Shown here: positions 1 through 11,163 of the stretch, one piece after another
Position numbering within the stretch: position 1 is the stretch's first letter
Layout of the letters: each line of letters begins with the position of its first letter
Virus record (IMG/VR): IMGVR_UViG_3300001097_000002
Location: 1 to 64,000 of that record
Source: a virus
Direction: 5' to 3' (one strand)
DNA: 64,000 bases
Made by a program: the position numbers and the translations under genes
The notes under the pieces: generated by a model
What the model was told of the DNA's origin: nothing
Seen by the model: only the letters and a program-made list of their open reading frames with translations
Database searches by the model: none

Positions 1-300
1 ACAAGTAAGGGCAAGCCCATTGCTAAGTACGGGCAACGCTTCAACGTATGGGATATGAATACAGAGCTATCTAGTAAAAACAGATTACACCCTGCGCCAT
101 TTCCTGAACATTTAGCAAACGACCATATACTATCATGGTCAAATGAAGGTGATACTGTGTTTGATTGCTTTATGGGTAGTGGTACAACTGGAAAAATGGC
201 TGTTCTTAATAACCGAAAGTTTATCGGGATAGAGTTAGATACTGATTACTTCGAAATAGGTAAGAAACGCATTGAAGAACACGTATTGCCTAATAAATAA
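1..300 (+). CDS. N4-C/N6-A DNA methyltransferase, C-terminal part (runs off left edge)
   Basis: Frame is open from base 1 (…QRFNVWDM…). Contains HPAPFP and the SAM-binding motif DCFMGSGTTG, followed by FIGIELD. Confidence 0.9.
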   Translation, partial: TSKGKPIAKYGQRFNVWDMNTELSSKNRLHPAPFPEHLANDHILSWSNEGDTVFDCFMGSGTTGKMAVLNNRKFIGIELDTDYFEIGKKRIEEHVLPNK

Positions 301-364
301 AACAAAAAGGGAATTATTAAATGTTTAGTAAAATACTAAGGTTTTTCCGTTGTGAAAAAAGAGA

Positions 365-411
365 TAAACAAAGAAGAATACCAATCTGTTCTTGGTATTC
401 TTCTTTGTTTA
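365..411. repeat. Perfect 20-bp inverted repeat (hairpin, 7-nt loop)
   Basis: TAAACAAAGAAGAATACCAA-tctgttc-TTGGTATTCTTCTTTGTTTA. Confidence 0.9.
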
Positions 412-507
412 GGGTAGGCTTGGTACTCTAAGGACTAACTTAACCTACAGACTAATCATTGTATATACATTAAATAACGACATATAAACATTTTTGAGAT
501 AACCGAT

Positions 508-2388
508 ATGGCGGGATATAAACAGACAGTTAAAGACTTAAAACCACTATGCTTTTTAACGTTTGATGGTGACACGTTATACAATAGTGGTAATGGCGAA
601 TTAATTTACAAACATATAACTGACGAAAGCAACAACGGTCACCATGGTATATTGCAAACAAATGATGATTTGAAAAAAAGTTATCTAATGGGTCAACCGT
701 CATTAATTGAGCGCGAAAATCATGCGGGTCAAGCAAGTATAACATTTGCGCCTTTTGGTTATGATTTAGATGATAGAGTAAACTTCCCATATGAGAAATC
801 AATGGTTGAAGTATTACACGCTGATGCACTATTGTTGCCTACTGATTATACTTTAATGTTTAACTTCAACAAATATAGCAATGATAACTACTTGCGTAGC
901 ATCATGTGGGACGAAGCAACTAGTTCATACCTAAAGCGCAATTACTCAAATTCATCAACCTTTAAACGTACACTGATACGCAAAGGTCCACATATTGAAG
1001 TGGTATATGAGGATAGATATTACAGTAACAACAACGTATTAACCTTTACGTTTCCTGGGTACAAATACGAAATTGACATCGATAACATTATAGGTACCAA
1101 CGGTAGTCATTCTAATTTTTACAATCACGTTTGGCATGTTGCTGTTACTCATAAAGTAATACGCCATAGTGGTAACTTATCACAGAACAGGTATAGGGTA
1201 TATATTAGTGGTATTCTCATACACGAACATTTCACTGACAAGAGATTCAAAGCTTTCAGCGCAGAAAACGTAAGTCCTATAGAAATTGGTGGTAATAGAG
1301 ATGCAAGTGACCCAAACTATCTAAACGATAGACAAACCACACCATTAAACATGGACCAAATATCTTTATTTGATAATGCGCTGTCATCATTCCAAGTAAT
1401 GGATTGCTTTAAGAAAACTGTTAGTTACATTAAACTTATTGATAAGAGTGAGCCAACATTATATATACCATTTGATGATACAGAAGCAACCAACAATAAT
1501 AATATGAGAATATTAGTTGGTAACAGTAGTTATTGGCGCTCAACATACAGTAATAATTATCCGTTTGTGCAGAAAGGAAAAATACTAAGTTCTAATAGAA
1601 TTGGTACTGAGCGTGGAGTAGAATTTTTTAATGCAAACGCAAAAGTACAAGACACTAGATACAATTCTAATATCATAAACGCCAGTGGTGATTTTACAGT
1701 TGAGTTTTGGTGTAGTTTTACTGATATTGAGAGAAGTGTTCTAGTATCATGTCAAAGTAACGTAGCACCATTTAAGGGGTTATTAGTAGAGGGTAATCGT
1801 TATTTCAACGAAGATAGACCTGGTATGATACAAATTAGACTTGATGATACTAATTTTTTAACGTGCCCGTTATACAATGCCAAAGGTGGTAATTCATCTT
1901 ACAATGATGGTGTGATTAGGCACTACGCTATTGTTAGACGCGGTACAGACTTTATGTTGTATATTGATGGCGTGGTTGTTAATACAGTAAGCGTACCAAG
2001 TGAAACATTAGTGCCTAACTTTGGTGTGCTGTATTTTATGGGTATGGGTCCAGGTGATACTAATTCAAATGGCGTCATGGGTCAATTTGTATTTTATACT
2101 AGAGCACTTGGCGCACATGAGGTATCAGCACGTAGCTTTTTTAACGTTAAGATGATTATCAAAGGGCGTGTAACATTACAGGGCACACCATATAAATGTG
2201 ATATACGTATCTATCAACATGGTACTGGAGAACTGTTATACGAATATGAAAGCGATACAAACGGTGACTATGCAATTAACGTATACACCAATAACTTTGT
2301 TGATATCATTTTCTTAGACAAAGAAGATACAAGTATCCAAATGCGTGTTATAGGTCCAATTATCGCACACGAATATATTGACTATTGA
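508..2388 (+). CDS. Virion structural protein with two LamG/concanavalin-A-like domains (tail/baseplate-associated)
   Basis: LamG-type motifs: WHVAVT…YISG, FTVEFW, RHYAIVRRG…LYIDG, FYTRAL. TAAATA late-promoter-like site at about 471. Confidence 0.65.
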   Translation: MAGYKQTVKDLKPLCFLTFDGDTLYNSGNGELIYKHITDESNNGHHGILQTNDDLKKSYLMGQPSLIERENHAGQASITFAPFGYDLDDRVNFPYEKSMVEVLHADALLLPTDYTLMFNFNKYSNDNYLRSIMWDEATSSYLKRNYSNSSTFKRTLIRKGPHIEVVYEDRYYSNNNVLTFTFPGYKYEIDIDNIIGTNGSHSNFYNHVWHVAVTHKVIRHSGNLSQNRYRVYISGILIHEHFTDKRFKAFSAENVSPIEIGGNRDASDPNYLNDRQTTPLNMDQISLFDNALSSFQVMDCFKKTVSYIKLIDKSEPTLYIPFDDTEATNNNNMRILVGNSSYWRSTYSNNYPFVQKGKILSSNRIGTERGVEFFNANAKVQDTRYNSNIINASGDFTVEFWCSFTDIERSVLVSCQSNVAPFKGLLVEGNRYFNEDRPGMIQIRLDDTNFLTCPLYNAKGGNSSYNDGVIRHYAIVRRGTDFMLYIDGVVVNTVSVPSETLVPNFGVLYFMGMGPGDTNSNGVMGQFVFYTRALGAHEVSARSFFNVKMIIKGRVTLQGTPYKCDIRIYQHGTGELLYEYESDTNGDYAINVYTNNFVDIIFLDKEDTSIQMRVIGPIIAHEYIDY

Positions 2389-2787
2389 TAAGGGTTATCA
2401 TGTATATTAGTATGAAAGAAACAACATACGAAAAAATTAAACAGTATATCGAAAGTTTTAATTATATTGATTATGATGAAACACGACTGTTTACTGATAG
2501 AACAGTAAGCTACCATAGCGATATCAAATTTCTACAAGGTGATTTTGCAAGTCAAATACAAACCATTACTGGTGAGAGGTTAGCATGCAAAAATATACAA
2601 CTAATCGAACAATTTAAATACTTGCATGAAATTTATGCTAATTTTGAAGAACATGCATTAAGTGACCTACATGACTTGCGTGGACTTGATGTTTATAGTA
2701 TAATCGACTATGTACTATATAGAATGAATATTAAAAATATTGATACGTTAACTTTAAATATGTTTGGTATAAGGAAATTAACACTTA

Positions 2788-3075
2788 ATGAATATTAGTT
2801 TATTATTGAATGATATGTCAAGTGTCACAGGTGCGTTATTTTTGATTTTTGCTTATTGGAAAGTATCCACTGATAGATGGAGCAGTAACGATAAAAAGTT
2901 CTATATCGTTAACTTCATCGGTGCTGTATTTGCATTGATAGGTGTAATATATCGTTTTAATTTGAGCGTTATTATACTAGAAATAGTGTTTGGTTTTTTG
3001 AGCTTGCAAGGTTGGTTACGTGTTCGCAAACTTGAAACGGAACAATCGACATTGGTTGCTAAAAATAGTAATTGA
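2788..3075 (+). CDS. Small multi-pass membrane protein
   Basis: Three hydrophobic segments in 95 aa. Confidence 0.6.
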   Translation: MNISLLLNDMSSVTGALFLIFAYWKVSTDRWSSNDKKFYIVNFIGAVFALIGVIYRFNLSVIILEIVFGFLSLQGWLRVRKLETEQSTLVAKNSN

Positions 3076-3747
3076 CCGTACAACATAATGGTGTATAATC
3101 AAACTTGTATTAATAACTAATACAAGTTTTTTTATTGGAGACATTTTATGAACCTTATCAATGTTGGCGGATATGATTTTATAATGTTATACACCAACAA
3201 TGGGAAACGTGATAACTTTCTATATGAAGTACCTTATGACATTAGACAATCAGTATTAGACTTTTTTTACGCTGACATAAACGGAGAACTATTATGATTG
3301 AAGTATATATTTGCCCAAAAAACCACTATGTATCATTCTTAAAAGATAAGCTTACTGGTGATGTTGTAGTTTATCCAGAAATTGAAGTTGCATATTATGA
3401 CTGGCATACATTCTACATGAACGAGAAGGATAAATTCACGACCGTAGTTACACAGTCAAGTGAATTTATTAAATTTTTGCGCACATGTAAAATTGAGTGT
3501 AAGGTTAATATGCTACAGGACAGTGACATGCTCGTAGACTCATTTACAGAAGTCAGTTTAAAAGAAGCGTCAATGGCACTGTTGGGTTGTTATGAGATGC
3601 TATCATTTCAGAGTAAAATATTTGATTAACATTACACGATGCATGTATAACTAACATAAAGGTTTACACTAGTACCAGTAGAAGTAATATAGTATTATAC
3701 ATACAGTATATCAAATATACTGTTTTAAGTTCAACGTCATTTATATA

Positions 3748-4347
3748 ATGGAGCACAAAATGAGTAACGACAGGAAACTTGTACTAGAAGTAAACCATGC
3801 ATACCCAATTGGTTTATTGGTAACAGATAATGCGGACATATTGTTGACAACCAACAATAATGCATATGAATTATATGACCACACTATTATCAATATCAAC
3901 AAAACGAAATACCTAACCGTATACCTGGACGATAGTAAAACCGCACACTTTTTATACCCTATTCCAAACAGTGAAACGATGTTACCCATCGTTACTGAAT
4001 ACCTAAACGTATGGAACAAAAAAGCATTACTAGAAATTAAAAATAAACGTGAACGCGATTTCCTTAATAATATTGATTTCACGCTACGCTTTATTCGTAA
4101 GAACATTGATAACAAAAAGTACGAAACGCGTTTTAAAATATACCCGATTGAACAACCTGGTAATGAACGCCCAATCATACAGTTTGAAATAAACATGAAT
4201 GCTCAGTATGATAAGTCTTTAAACCACAAGCGCTATTTTGACCTAAAGGATAAGTGGTTGAGTGAATACGTAGACGTATTCCCACAAGAATCATATTTCC
4301 TTAAAAATATTAACGTTGTATTCAAGCAAAATGAAGTCGCGTTATGA
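3748..4347 (+). CDS. Hypothetical protein, paralog of 4804..5427
   Basis: Shared C-terminal block DFT..F.R.N…I.FE..M…R.F.L.DKWL.EY.D. Confidence 0.7.
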   Translation: MEHKMSNDRKLVLEVNHAYPIGLLVTDNADILLTTNNNAYELYDHTIININKTKYLTVYLDDSKTAHFLYPIPNSETMLPIVTEYLNVWNKKALLEIKNKRERDFLNNIDFTLRFIRKNIDNKKYETRFKIYPIEQPGNERPIIQFEINMNAQYDKSLNHKRYFDLKDKWLSEYVDVFPQESYFLKNINVVFKQNEVAL

Positions 4348-4803
4348 TAGACGACAAACAACTAAGCAATACCAACTGAGAAATATTATGAGAAATTTAA
4401 TACTAAAAACAATAGGAACTGTATTTTTAAAAGAAGGTAACGATTATAGAAACTTAAGATGTAGGTTTGAAAACGTTTACATTGACGAGTACGGTAATAC
4501 TTTTACTGATGACTGGAAAATGCATTGCGAAATACGTGATACACGTTATGATATTGGACAACTTCGCTTGCCCGGAAATCAGATAACTATAGACCAAGAT
4601 TTCAGTCAAGAATCAGAATTTACAAAAGAAGTGTCATCAGAGATTATTGAGTTTATGAATCTCAATAACATAGAAAAAATATCAGAAGTATTTGTTATTA
4701 TGCATAATGAGTCAGAATACACTTTTTACTCTCAGAGCGCTGTAAAGGCATTTATCCTAGGTCTCAATTTAGGAAATGGTTACAATCTTTAATCTCATGA
4801 CTA

Positions 4804-5427
4804 ATGTATACCACGAACAAACGGAGCCAAACGATGCAAGATGATACACGAAAATGTACACTGGAAACATTAGACACGGAAAGTCAAAGTGAGATTTATC
4901 TATATGTGATTGATGATGGTTACGTTGTGTTTCGCACGCCAGAAAATTCATATAAAGTAGTGGTTAATCACGTTACCATTTCTGACGGTATGCCAGCACT
5001 TTATATATACGCTTGCGACGGTAGCAAGTCACCTTTTACATATGAACTTAGTGTTGAAGTTGTGCAAACTGTACGCGAATACTTTATCTATTGGTCAGAT
5101 AACGCACTTGGTATTGTTAAGCAACAAAAGTTACAGAATTTCTTAGATTTCTGGGACTTCACTATTAATTTTGTACGTGATAATGTTGACGTAGAAACAC
5201 TTAAACCAACGTATGAATTATATGCAAGTGACTATAGAGAATATGAGGGTGACTTAACGATACATTTTGAGGTTGCTATGGGTGGTAAGTATGTTGACAG
5301 TAACGGCGAACTTGATTATTATAGGTGTTTTGCGCTAAATGATAAGTGGCTGGATGAATACTTAGATTTAGCATTTCACAACGATTATAATCTGTTTGGT
5401 AAAATATTTATAGCATTTAGACCATAG
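4804..5427 (+). CDS. Hypothetical protein, paralog of 3748..4347
   Basis: Same C-terminal block (DFTINFVRDN…IHFEVAM…RCFALNDKWLDEYLD). Confidence 0.7.
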   Translation: MYTTNKRSQTMQDDTRKCTLETLDTESQSEIYLYVIDDGYVVFRTPENSYKVVVNHVTISDGMPALYIYACDGSKSPFTYELSVEVVQTVREYFIYWSDNALGIVKQQKLQNFLDFWDFTINFVRDNVDVETLKPTYELYASDYREYEGDLTIHFEVAMGGKYVDSNGELDYYRCFALNDKWLDEYLDLAFHNDYNLFGKIFIAFRP

Positions 5428-5954
5428 GATATTATGAGAACTTTTTTAATACACAAAAAAGATAACGAGATAGAAGTACATCATTCAAGCAACAGTCATA
5501 CGCGTGTATTGGCGTGTGCTGGTTCGTTTGATTACTTTGGTAGTGATGTACCACAATTGGAGTTTGAAACGGTAGAGCCAACGTTTATACGTGTTGGTGC
5601 CACCGATTACATGACGATTGATGGTATGACCCCTAAAGGTACTAGAATTAATAAAGTAGGACATGGATACGAGGCAGAGGTGGGTTATGTTGCCATGCCA
5701 GGTAGTGTTTTGCGCATGGTGATAGGCGATTATGAACTTCAATCGGACGATATTAGACGTAAAAATACTGAACTTACTAAAAGTAAAAACAATTTAACTA
5801 AAGTATTGAACGAGAGTGTAACCGAAATACATTCATTAAAATATGATAACAACAAATTAAAAGCAGAGGTAAATCATATGAACGAATTGCTTGTTTATTA
5901 TGATACTGGTTTGTTAAGTCGCATAAAACGTTTTTTAATTAAATAGGTAATATT

Positions 5955-7559
5955 ATGGAAAGTATATACACACAACTTGATGATGACATACACAATATAC
6001 CTAACGTGTATAAAAAGAACGGTGCATATAATGGTTCCGCTCTTAACAGTAAAAAGAACAAACATATCATTGATAATGTTAAAGAAGTCACTGATTTCTT
6101 AAAAGACACTGTTAAGTTGGCTGAACGTATATATTGCATTGTCAATAAACTATACGAATATCCAACGTGTGCATGTGGTGGTAAAATTACACTATTCTAT
6201 AACGAAGGTGGACGCAAAGAATATGCTGATTATTGTTCGCGCGGTTGCCCTGCTAAACGTTCAAATAGCGCTGAATATGCTACTGGTCGCACACCAACAC
6301 AAGCGTCTAAAGATAAGCAAAAAGAAACAATACTTGAACGCTATGGGGTTGACAATTATTTTAAAGCGCCAGATTTTATCAAGGATAATTATAATGATGA
6401 ACTAGTAGCTAAGCGCGACGCTAATAGAAAAATAGCAGTACAAGAAAAATACGGAGTGGATAATGTATTCATGCTCGATAATGTTAAGGAAAAAATAAAA
6501 GACACCAATATAGACAAGTACGGTTTTCCTAACTACGCACAAATTAATATGAGTGATGATACACTTGAAAAAATTAATTCATATGACTATACGAGTGGAG
6601 TTAATAAACTATATAATCCTAGTCATATAGGACGTATGTTAAGCGTGCATAGTACAACTGTAATGGCGTATTACGAGCGTCTCGATATTGTACCAATAAA
6701 ACACAACGAAACAGCGTGTGAAGTGGTTATACGTGAGATATTAGATGCTTGTGGTGTATTATATGAGCAAAACTATACTAAGCTTTTAGGTGGTCGTAAA
6801 CACGTTGACTTCTACATACCGTCTCACAAACTAGCAATTGAATGTAATGGTTTATATTGGCATAGTGAAGCCATTCGCACCGATGTTAATTTCCATCAAG
6901 AAAAATATGAATTATGCACACAACAAGGTATACAACTTATACAATTTTGGGAACATGATATATACAATAACACTGACGTCATAGCATCATTTATCAAGAA
7001 TAAACTTGGATACAGTAAAAAAATATATGGTAGAAAATGTAAGACTATAAAGATTGACGCCAATACAGCATCGTTGTTTGTTATTGCCAATCACTTGCAA
7101 CCGTTAAAAACCAATAGTATTCATCAAGCATACGGTTTATATTATAATGACGAACTATGTTCGGTTATGACGTTTAATAATACAAACAAGCCCATATTAA
7201 GTAGATTTTGCACTAAGAAAAATCATGTTGTTGTCGGTGGTTTTAGTAAACTATTAAAACATGTAATATCCACAAACAACTTCAATACAATCACCAGTTA
7301 TAGTGACTGTATGTATAGCACCGGTAACATATACCATAATACTGGTTTCATTGATGTGACAAATAATGCAAGTGTATCTTATTACTATACTGATAACTTT
7401 ACTAGTTTAGTTAATAAACGCGTGTTTAGAAAAGACAATATTAAAAAAATGTATCCAATGACGTATTCACCTAATAAAACAGAGCGTGAAATGACCGCGG
7501 AGCTAGGTTTTACTCGAGTTAACGGTTGTATAATTAAAACGTGGGTGCTTGAACTGTAA
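5955..7559 (+). CDS. Hef-like free-standing homing endonuclease (Vsr/PD-(D/E)xK-type) with YGVDN repeats
   Basis: DFYIPSHKLAIECNGLYWHS…QLIQFWEHD nuclease block, C-terminal RFC…GGFSKLL domain, N-terminal Cys cluster and YGV(D/N) repeats. Confidence 0.75.
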   Translation: MESIYTQLDDDIHNIPNVYKKNGAYNGSALNSKKNKHIIDNVKEVTDFLKDTVKLAERIYCIVNKLYEYPTCACGGKITLFYNEGGRKEYADYCSRGCPAKRSNSAEYATGRTPTQASKDKQKETILERYGVDNYFKAPDFIKDNYNDELVAKRDANRKIAVQEKYGVDNVFMLDNVKEKIKDTNIDKYGFPNYAQINMSDDTLEKINSYDYTSGVNKLYNPSHIGRMLSVHSTTVMAYYERLDIVPIKHNETACEVVIREILDACGVLYEQNYTKLLGGRKHVDFYIPSHKLAIECNGLYWHSEAIRTDVNFHQEKYELCTQQGIQLIQFWEHDIYNNTDVIASFIKNKLGYSKKIYGRKCKTIKIDANTASLFVIANHLQPLKTNSIHQAYGLYYNDELCSVMTFNNTNKPILSRFCTKKNHVVVGGFSKLLKHVISTNNFNTITSYSDCMYSTGNIYHNTGFIDVTNNASVSYYYTDNFTSLVNKRVFRKDNIKKMYPMTYSPNKTEREMTAELGFTRVNGCIIKTWVLEL

Positions 7560-7668
7560 AGCGTAGTATAAAAAACCGTAATATATTCACCACATATTTT
7601 GTGTTAAAACTCTTGTATTATTACTCTAAATAACATATGATACGGTATTGTGTTGCTTTATATAAAAT

Positions 7669-9279
7669 TTGAGGTTGTATATGAACAGAGTTGAAATTAC
7701 TGCATTTATAAAAAATAATGCATATACTAGCAATGGTAGATTACGGCCAAATTATTTAGATAAACACCCATCTATAAAGACTGTGATATATGATGCGTTG
7801 CCTTTTATGCCGACAAGTGCTTATCAAAGCGATTATATAAAAGCATACATTAGTGAACTAGACACAACTAATAACATTGTGCTTGAATTATACGATACTA
7901 AGATAAAACCAAAACAAATAGCCAAAAAAACAAAAATAGATGATGAAGTGGTGTACGCAACATTAAAATACCACAATATAATTAAAGGTTTTAGTTTAAA
8001 CTATGTTAGTAGCGAGCAAAAAGTCGTTGATTTGTATGATAGTGGGTTATCAATATATGATATTGCGAAACGTGTAGGTACTAGTGTTTCGCCAGTAAGA
8101 CGTATATTAAAAGAAAATAATATCAATATGCGATTAACAAAAATGATAATTGATGAAGAAGCTGTTTTGTTAGAGTATGTTACCAACAAAAACACTATCG
8201 CTTATATATCTAAACTATTTGACTGTTCCGTTACAGTAATAAATAAGATTCTTATAGAAAACGAGGTACTTAAAAATAACCACCTATTAGATGCATCTGT
8301 CATGAACGAAGCCATTTTAGAATATTTAAGCGGTGTCACTGGAACATACGTAGCACTCAAATATAATGTATCAACAACTGCAATATATAAAGAAATGGAA
8401 CAACGAGGTATGACTAGACGTTCTAGTACATATTACTCGGACACAGACATTGAGTTGATAATTAAAGATATACTCGATAAACACAACGTACATTATGTAA
8501 AAAATGATAGGGAACAGATAGGACCAAAAGAGTTAGATTTTTATCTACCTGAATATAATCTTGCTATCGAATGTAACGGGTTATATTGGCATTCATCTCA
8601 TAATATGACCTCTGTTGATTGTCACTATCAAAAGTTTAAAATGTGCGATGATAAAAATATACAGCTCTTACAATTTTGGTGTAATGACATTAAGCAGAAG
8701 TATAATATTGTTGAGTCTATAATAAAAAATAAAATAGGTTTATCAAATAGAGTATTTGCTAGGAAGTGTGAAGTAAAGGATGTTGACGGTACAATGACCA
8801 GACAATTCTTAGTCAATAATCATATACAAGGGTACGCTACAAGCTCAATTAATAAAGGTTTGTACTACAACGATGAATTAGTAATGATTATGACTGTTAG
8901 TAAAAGCAGATTCGACAAAGGTTCTTATGAGTTAATACGAGTAGCAACTAAACTTGGCTTAGTAGTGGTTGGTGGGTTTAGTAGACTATTGGTTAATATA
9001 AGGCGTTGCGTTAACAGTGCTATCTTAACCTATTGTAATCTAATGTATGGTAATGGGAATGCATATTTAAAAAATGGTTTTAGGTATATTGAGGATACCT
9101 CAGTTGGATATTTTTATCATAACACTACCAACATCATTATTAGTAGGTATAAACTACAAAGTAAAAAGTTTAAAGACTCAATAGAATATGACTACAATAT
9201 CAACGAGAAAGATAATATGTTAAATGCTGGTTATTACATGTGTAATGACGCAGGAAATAGAAAATATATTTTTGAATGA
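7669..9279 (+). CDS. Hef-like free-standing homing endonuclease with tandem HTH repeats
   Basis: ELDFYLPEYNLAIECNGLYWHS…GGFSRLL; N-terminal HTH-like repeats (GLSIYDIAKRVGTS). Paralog of 5955..7559. Confidence 0.75.
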   Translation: MRLYMNRVEITAFIKNNAYTSNGRLRPNYLDKHPSIKTVIYDALPFMPTSAYQSDYIKAYISELDTTNNIVLELYDTKIKPKQIAKKTKIDDEVVYATLKYHNIIKGFSLNYVSSEQKVVDLYDSGLSIYDIAKRVGTSVSPVRRILKENNINMRLTKMIIDEEAVLLEYVTNKNTIAYISKLFDCSVTVINKILIENEVLKNNHLLDASVMNEAILEYLSGVTGTYVALKYNVSTTAIYKEMEQRGMTRRSSTYYSDTDIELIIKDILDKHNVHYVKNDREQIGPKELDFYLPEYNLAIECNGLYWHSSHNMTSVDCHYQKFKMCDDKNIQLLQFWCNDIKQKYNIVESIIKNKIGLSNRVFARKCEVKDVDGTMTRQFLVNNHIQGYATSSINKGLYYNDELVMIMTVSKSRFDKGSYELIRVATKLGLVVVGGFSRLLVNIRRCVNSAILTYCNLMYGNGNAYLKNGFRYIEDTSVGYFYHNTTNIIISRYKLQSKKFKDSIEYDYNINEKDNMLNAGYYMCNDAGNRKYIFE

Positions 9280-9299
9280 TAAACATTCACTTGCCAGTA

Positions 9300-9330
9300 A
9301 AAAAGCCGTAATGTAATTTACGGCTTTTTG
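9300..9330. terminator. Bidirectional intrinsic terminator between convergent endonuclease genes
   Basis: AAAAAAGCCGTAA-tgtaat-TTACGGCTTTTT. Confidence 0.75.
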
Positions 9331-9347
9331 TTGAATAATGATTTATA

Positions 9348-10319
9348 TTACAATTTAGCCTTACGTATATTAACCTTATCAGTAAGGCGCTGTATATCAA
9401 AGTCGTGTTCTACTTGACCACTAACACCATTAACAACTTCATCAATAGACATGGTTGTTATTTGTGCATCTGACAACTTGTTCATGTATCGTGTAGCTAG
9501 CCTATTACCTGTTGATTTTTTAGCGTTTAGTGACATCTGTTCGCGTGTATGTGTATGACTACAATGTGCTTTCATAGATAAACTAATCTGTTTTCTAGCA
9601 TCATCATTCTCAAAACGCCTTTTGTTGGCAGCGCTTATCTTATCACGATATTCTTGGGTTGTGACACTCGCAGTATGATTGGCTTTATATTCTTCATTCT
9701 CAAATAATTCTATTGTTTTATTACTAGCAGCTTTTTTATATTCTGGTGTATTGTGAGCGTCTTTAAGTTTTTGTCTATAGTCATCACACGCATAACGCTC
9801 TTTTGCTGCCGCTGATATCTTATCACCGCTTTTACTTGCGCCTACTAAGCGTGCTTCATAATCACGTTGTTCTTGTTCTGGTGTTCTGTTTGCAATGTAT
9901 CGGTTTCTACTATCAGACAGTTTTTCATTTCTTGCTACTTTTTGCTCAATACTCATTTCACTATGCCATTCAGTTACAGCACTTGATATAATAGAACTTC
10001 TTTGTTCGTGCGATAAATCCCATAATCCGCTTATTACTTGATTTAACCAGTTATCATTATTGGCAACATCTAAGCGCGTTAATACATTTTTTTCCCATGT
10101 AACAGCATCTAGTGAATTATCAAATACTTTTCGGACTTCGATAATATCAGGCTCTCCGTGCTCATTTCTATACTGTTCTACTATTCTGGATGAAGTGTAA
10201 TAGTTAGTCCATAGGTCTGTTGGATTACAACCAATAGCGTATTTTACACCATAGTAATGTTTGTTTATTTTTGACCAGGCAATGTGATACGTGAATGGGA
10301 TTGTGTTTGGAGTAGACAT
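9348..10319 (-). CDS. Seg-like GIY-YIG homing endonuclease with helical DNA-binding repeats
   Basis: FTYHI…HYYGVKY…YYTSS…WE…WLN catalytic domain; repeated (Y)R.K.S…K helices. Confidence 0.8.
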   Translation of the reverse strand: MSTPNTIPFTYHIAWSKINKHYYGVKYAIGCNPTDLWTNYYTSSRIVEQYRNEHGEPDIIEVRKVFDNSLDAVTWEKNVLTRLDVANNDNWLNQVISGLWDLSHEQRSSIISSAVTEWHSEMSIEQKVARNEKLSDSRNRYIANRTPEQEQRDYEARLVGASKSGDKISAAAKERYACDDYRQKLKDAHNTPEYKKAASNKTIELFENEEYKANHTASVTTQEYRDKISAANKRRFENDDARKQISLSMKAHCSHTHTREQMSLNAKKSTGNRLATRYMNKLSDAQITTMSIDEVVNGVSGQVEHDFDIQRLTDKVNIRKAKL

Positions 10320-10367
10320 AAAAAATCCTAGTAAGCTAAATTGTATTAGTATTTACTAGGATTTTTT
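10320..10367 (-). promoter_or_regulatory. Late promoter inside an RBS-sequestering hairpin
   Basis: Minus strand reads AAAAATCCTAGTAAATA…TTACTAGGATTTTTT-ATG. TAAATA is in the 5' arm/loop and the AGGA RBS is in the 3' arm. Confidence 0.7.
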
Positions 10368-10420
10368 GGAGATTACGCGAGCTAGTTGCTGTTATTGTTT
10401 AAAGAGTAAACAAATGTTGA

Positions 10421-10861
10421 CTAACATGTTGCCCTTGAAATTTTTAACTGATTTTGTAATATTCGTGGAGCCCCGTCTCCAGCACTTACTGGTTTTGATG
10501 TACCAATATTACCTACCCATAACATATTACCGCCAGTAGCAGCATCATATAAGCATACTGATGTAATTGTACCCCACGATGCGGAACCTGGAACATTAAA
10601 TGTCAATTCTTTTAAGTTGCTGTATTCTAAGTTAACACCTGATGGTGTTGACCAATCGCTTGAACTTTGTGGGATAGCCACGCGAGCGTAGTTCGTGCTG
10701 CCATTGATTGTAACTTCTGTCCCGCCAGTACCGTCTAGGCTAGGAGAGCCGTTTGTGAACAAGGCTAAGTACAATGTTGTGGGTGGTGTCCATGCAACAC
10801 CTTTTAATACGTTGTCTAAGATTTTAGTCTGCAAATAATTACTAGTCGTGGCTGATGCCAT
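10421..10861 (-). CDS. Phage tail-fibre/baseplate-associated structural protein
   Basis: SNYLQTKILD…YLALFT…GTEV…YARV…WGTIT…YDAATGGNML pattern typical of this phage tail family. Confidence 0.7.
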   Translation of the reverse strand: MASATTSNYLQTKILDNVLKGVAWTPPTTLYLALFTNGSPSLDGTGGTEVTINGSTNYARVAIPQSSSDWSTPSGVNLEYSNLKELTFNVPGSASWGTITSVCLYDAATGGNMLWVGNIGTSKPVSAGDGAPRILQNQLKISRATC

Positions 10862-11163
10862 TGTTAAGCACTCCTTAAATATTGTTTGATTATATTAACA
10901 AATGAGCCATCAAGTATTTGATTTTCCCATAATGTTAAAGGCTGTATCCTTATTATATTTGTATTTACTTACTAATTATGATACAAAGTACAGTTGTTAA
11001 GTTTGATATGAAAGCATAACGTTTACTGCCTAGGGTGACAATAATAATGTAATTACTGCTAGTATTAAAGTCGGCGGTTCTAGGTACATATTGTAACCTT
11101 TTGATAATATTTTATTTACTTACAATAAACATTTGAGGTATTAAATTATGATTGGTTGCATAT

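Noticed and set aside
11030-11090. Stop-codon reassignment suggested by a TAG in a short ORF
   Set aside because: Core genes read intact in the standard code, several end in TAG (e.g. gp5, uvsW), and no suppressor tRNA is present.
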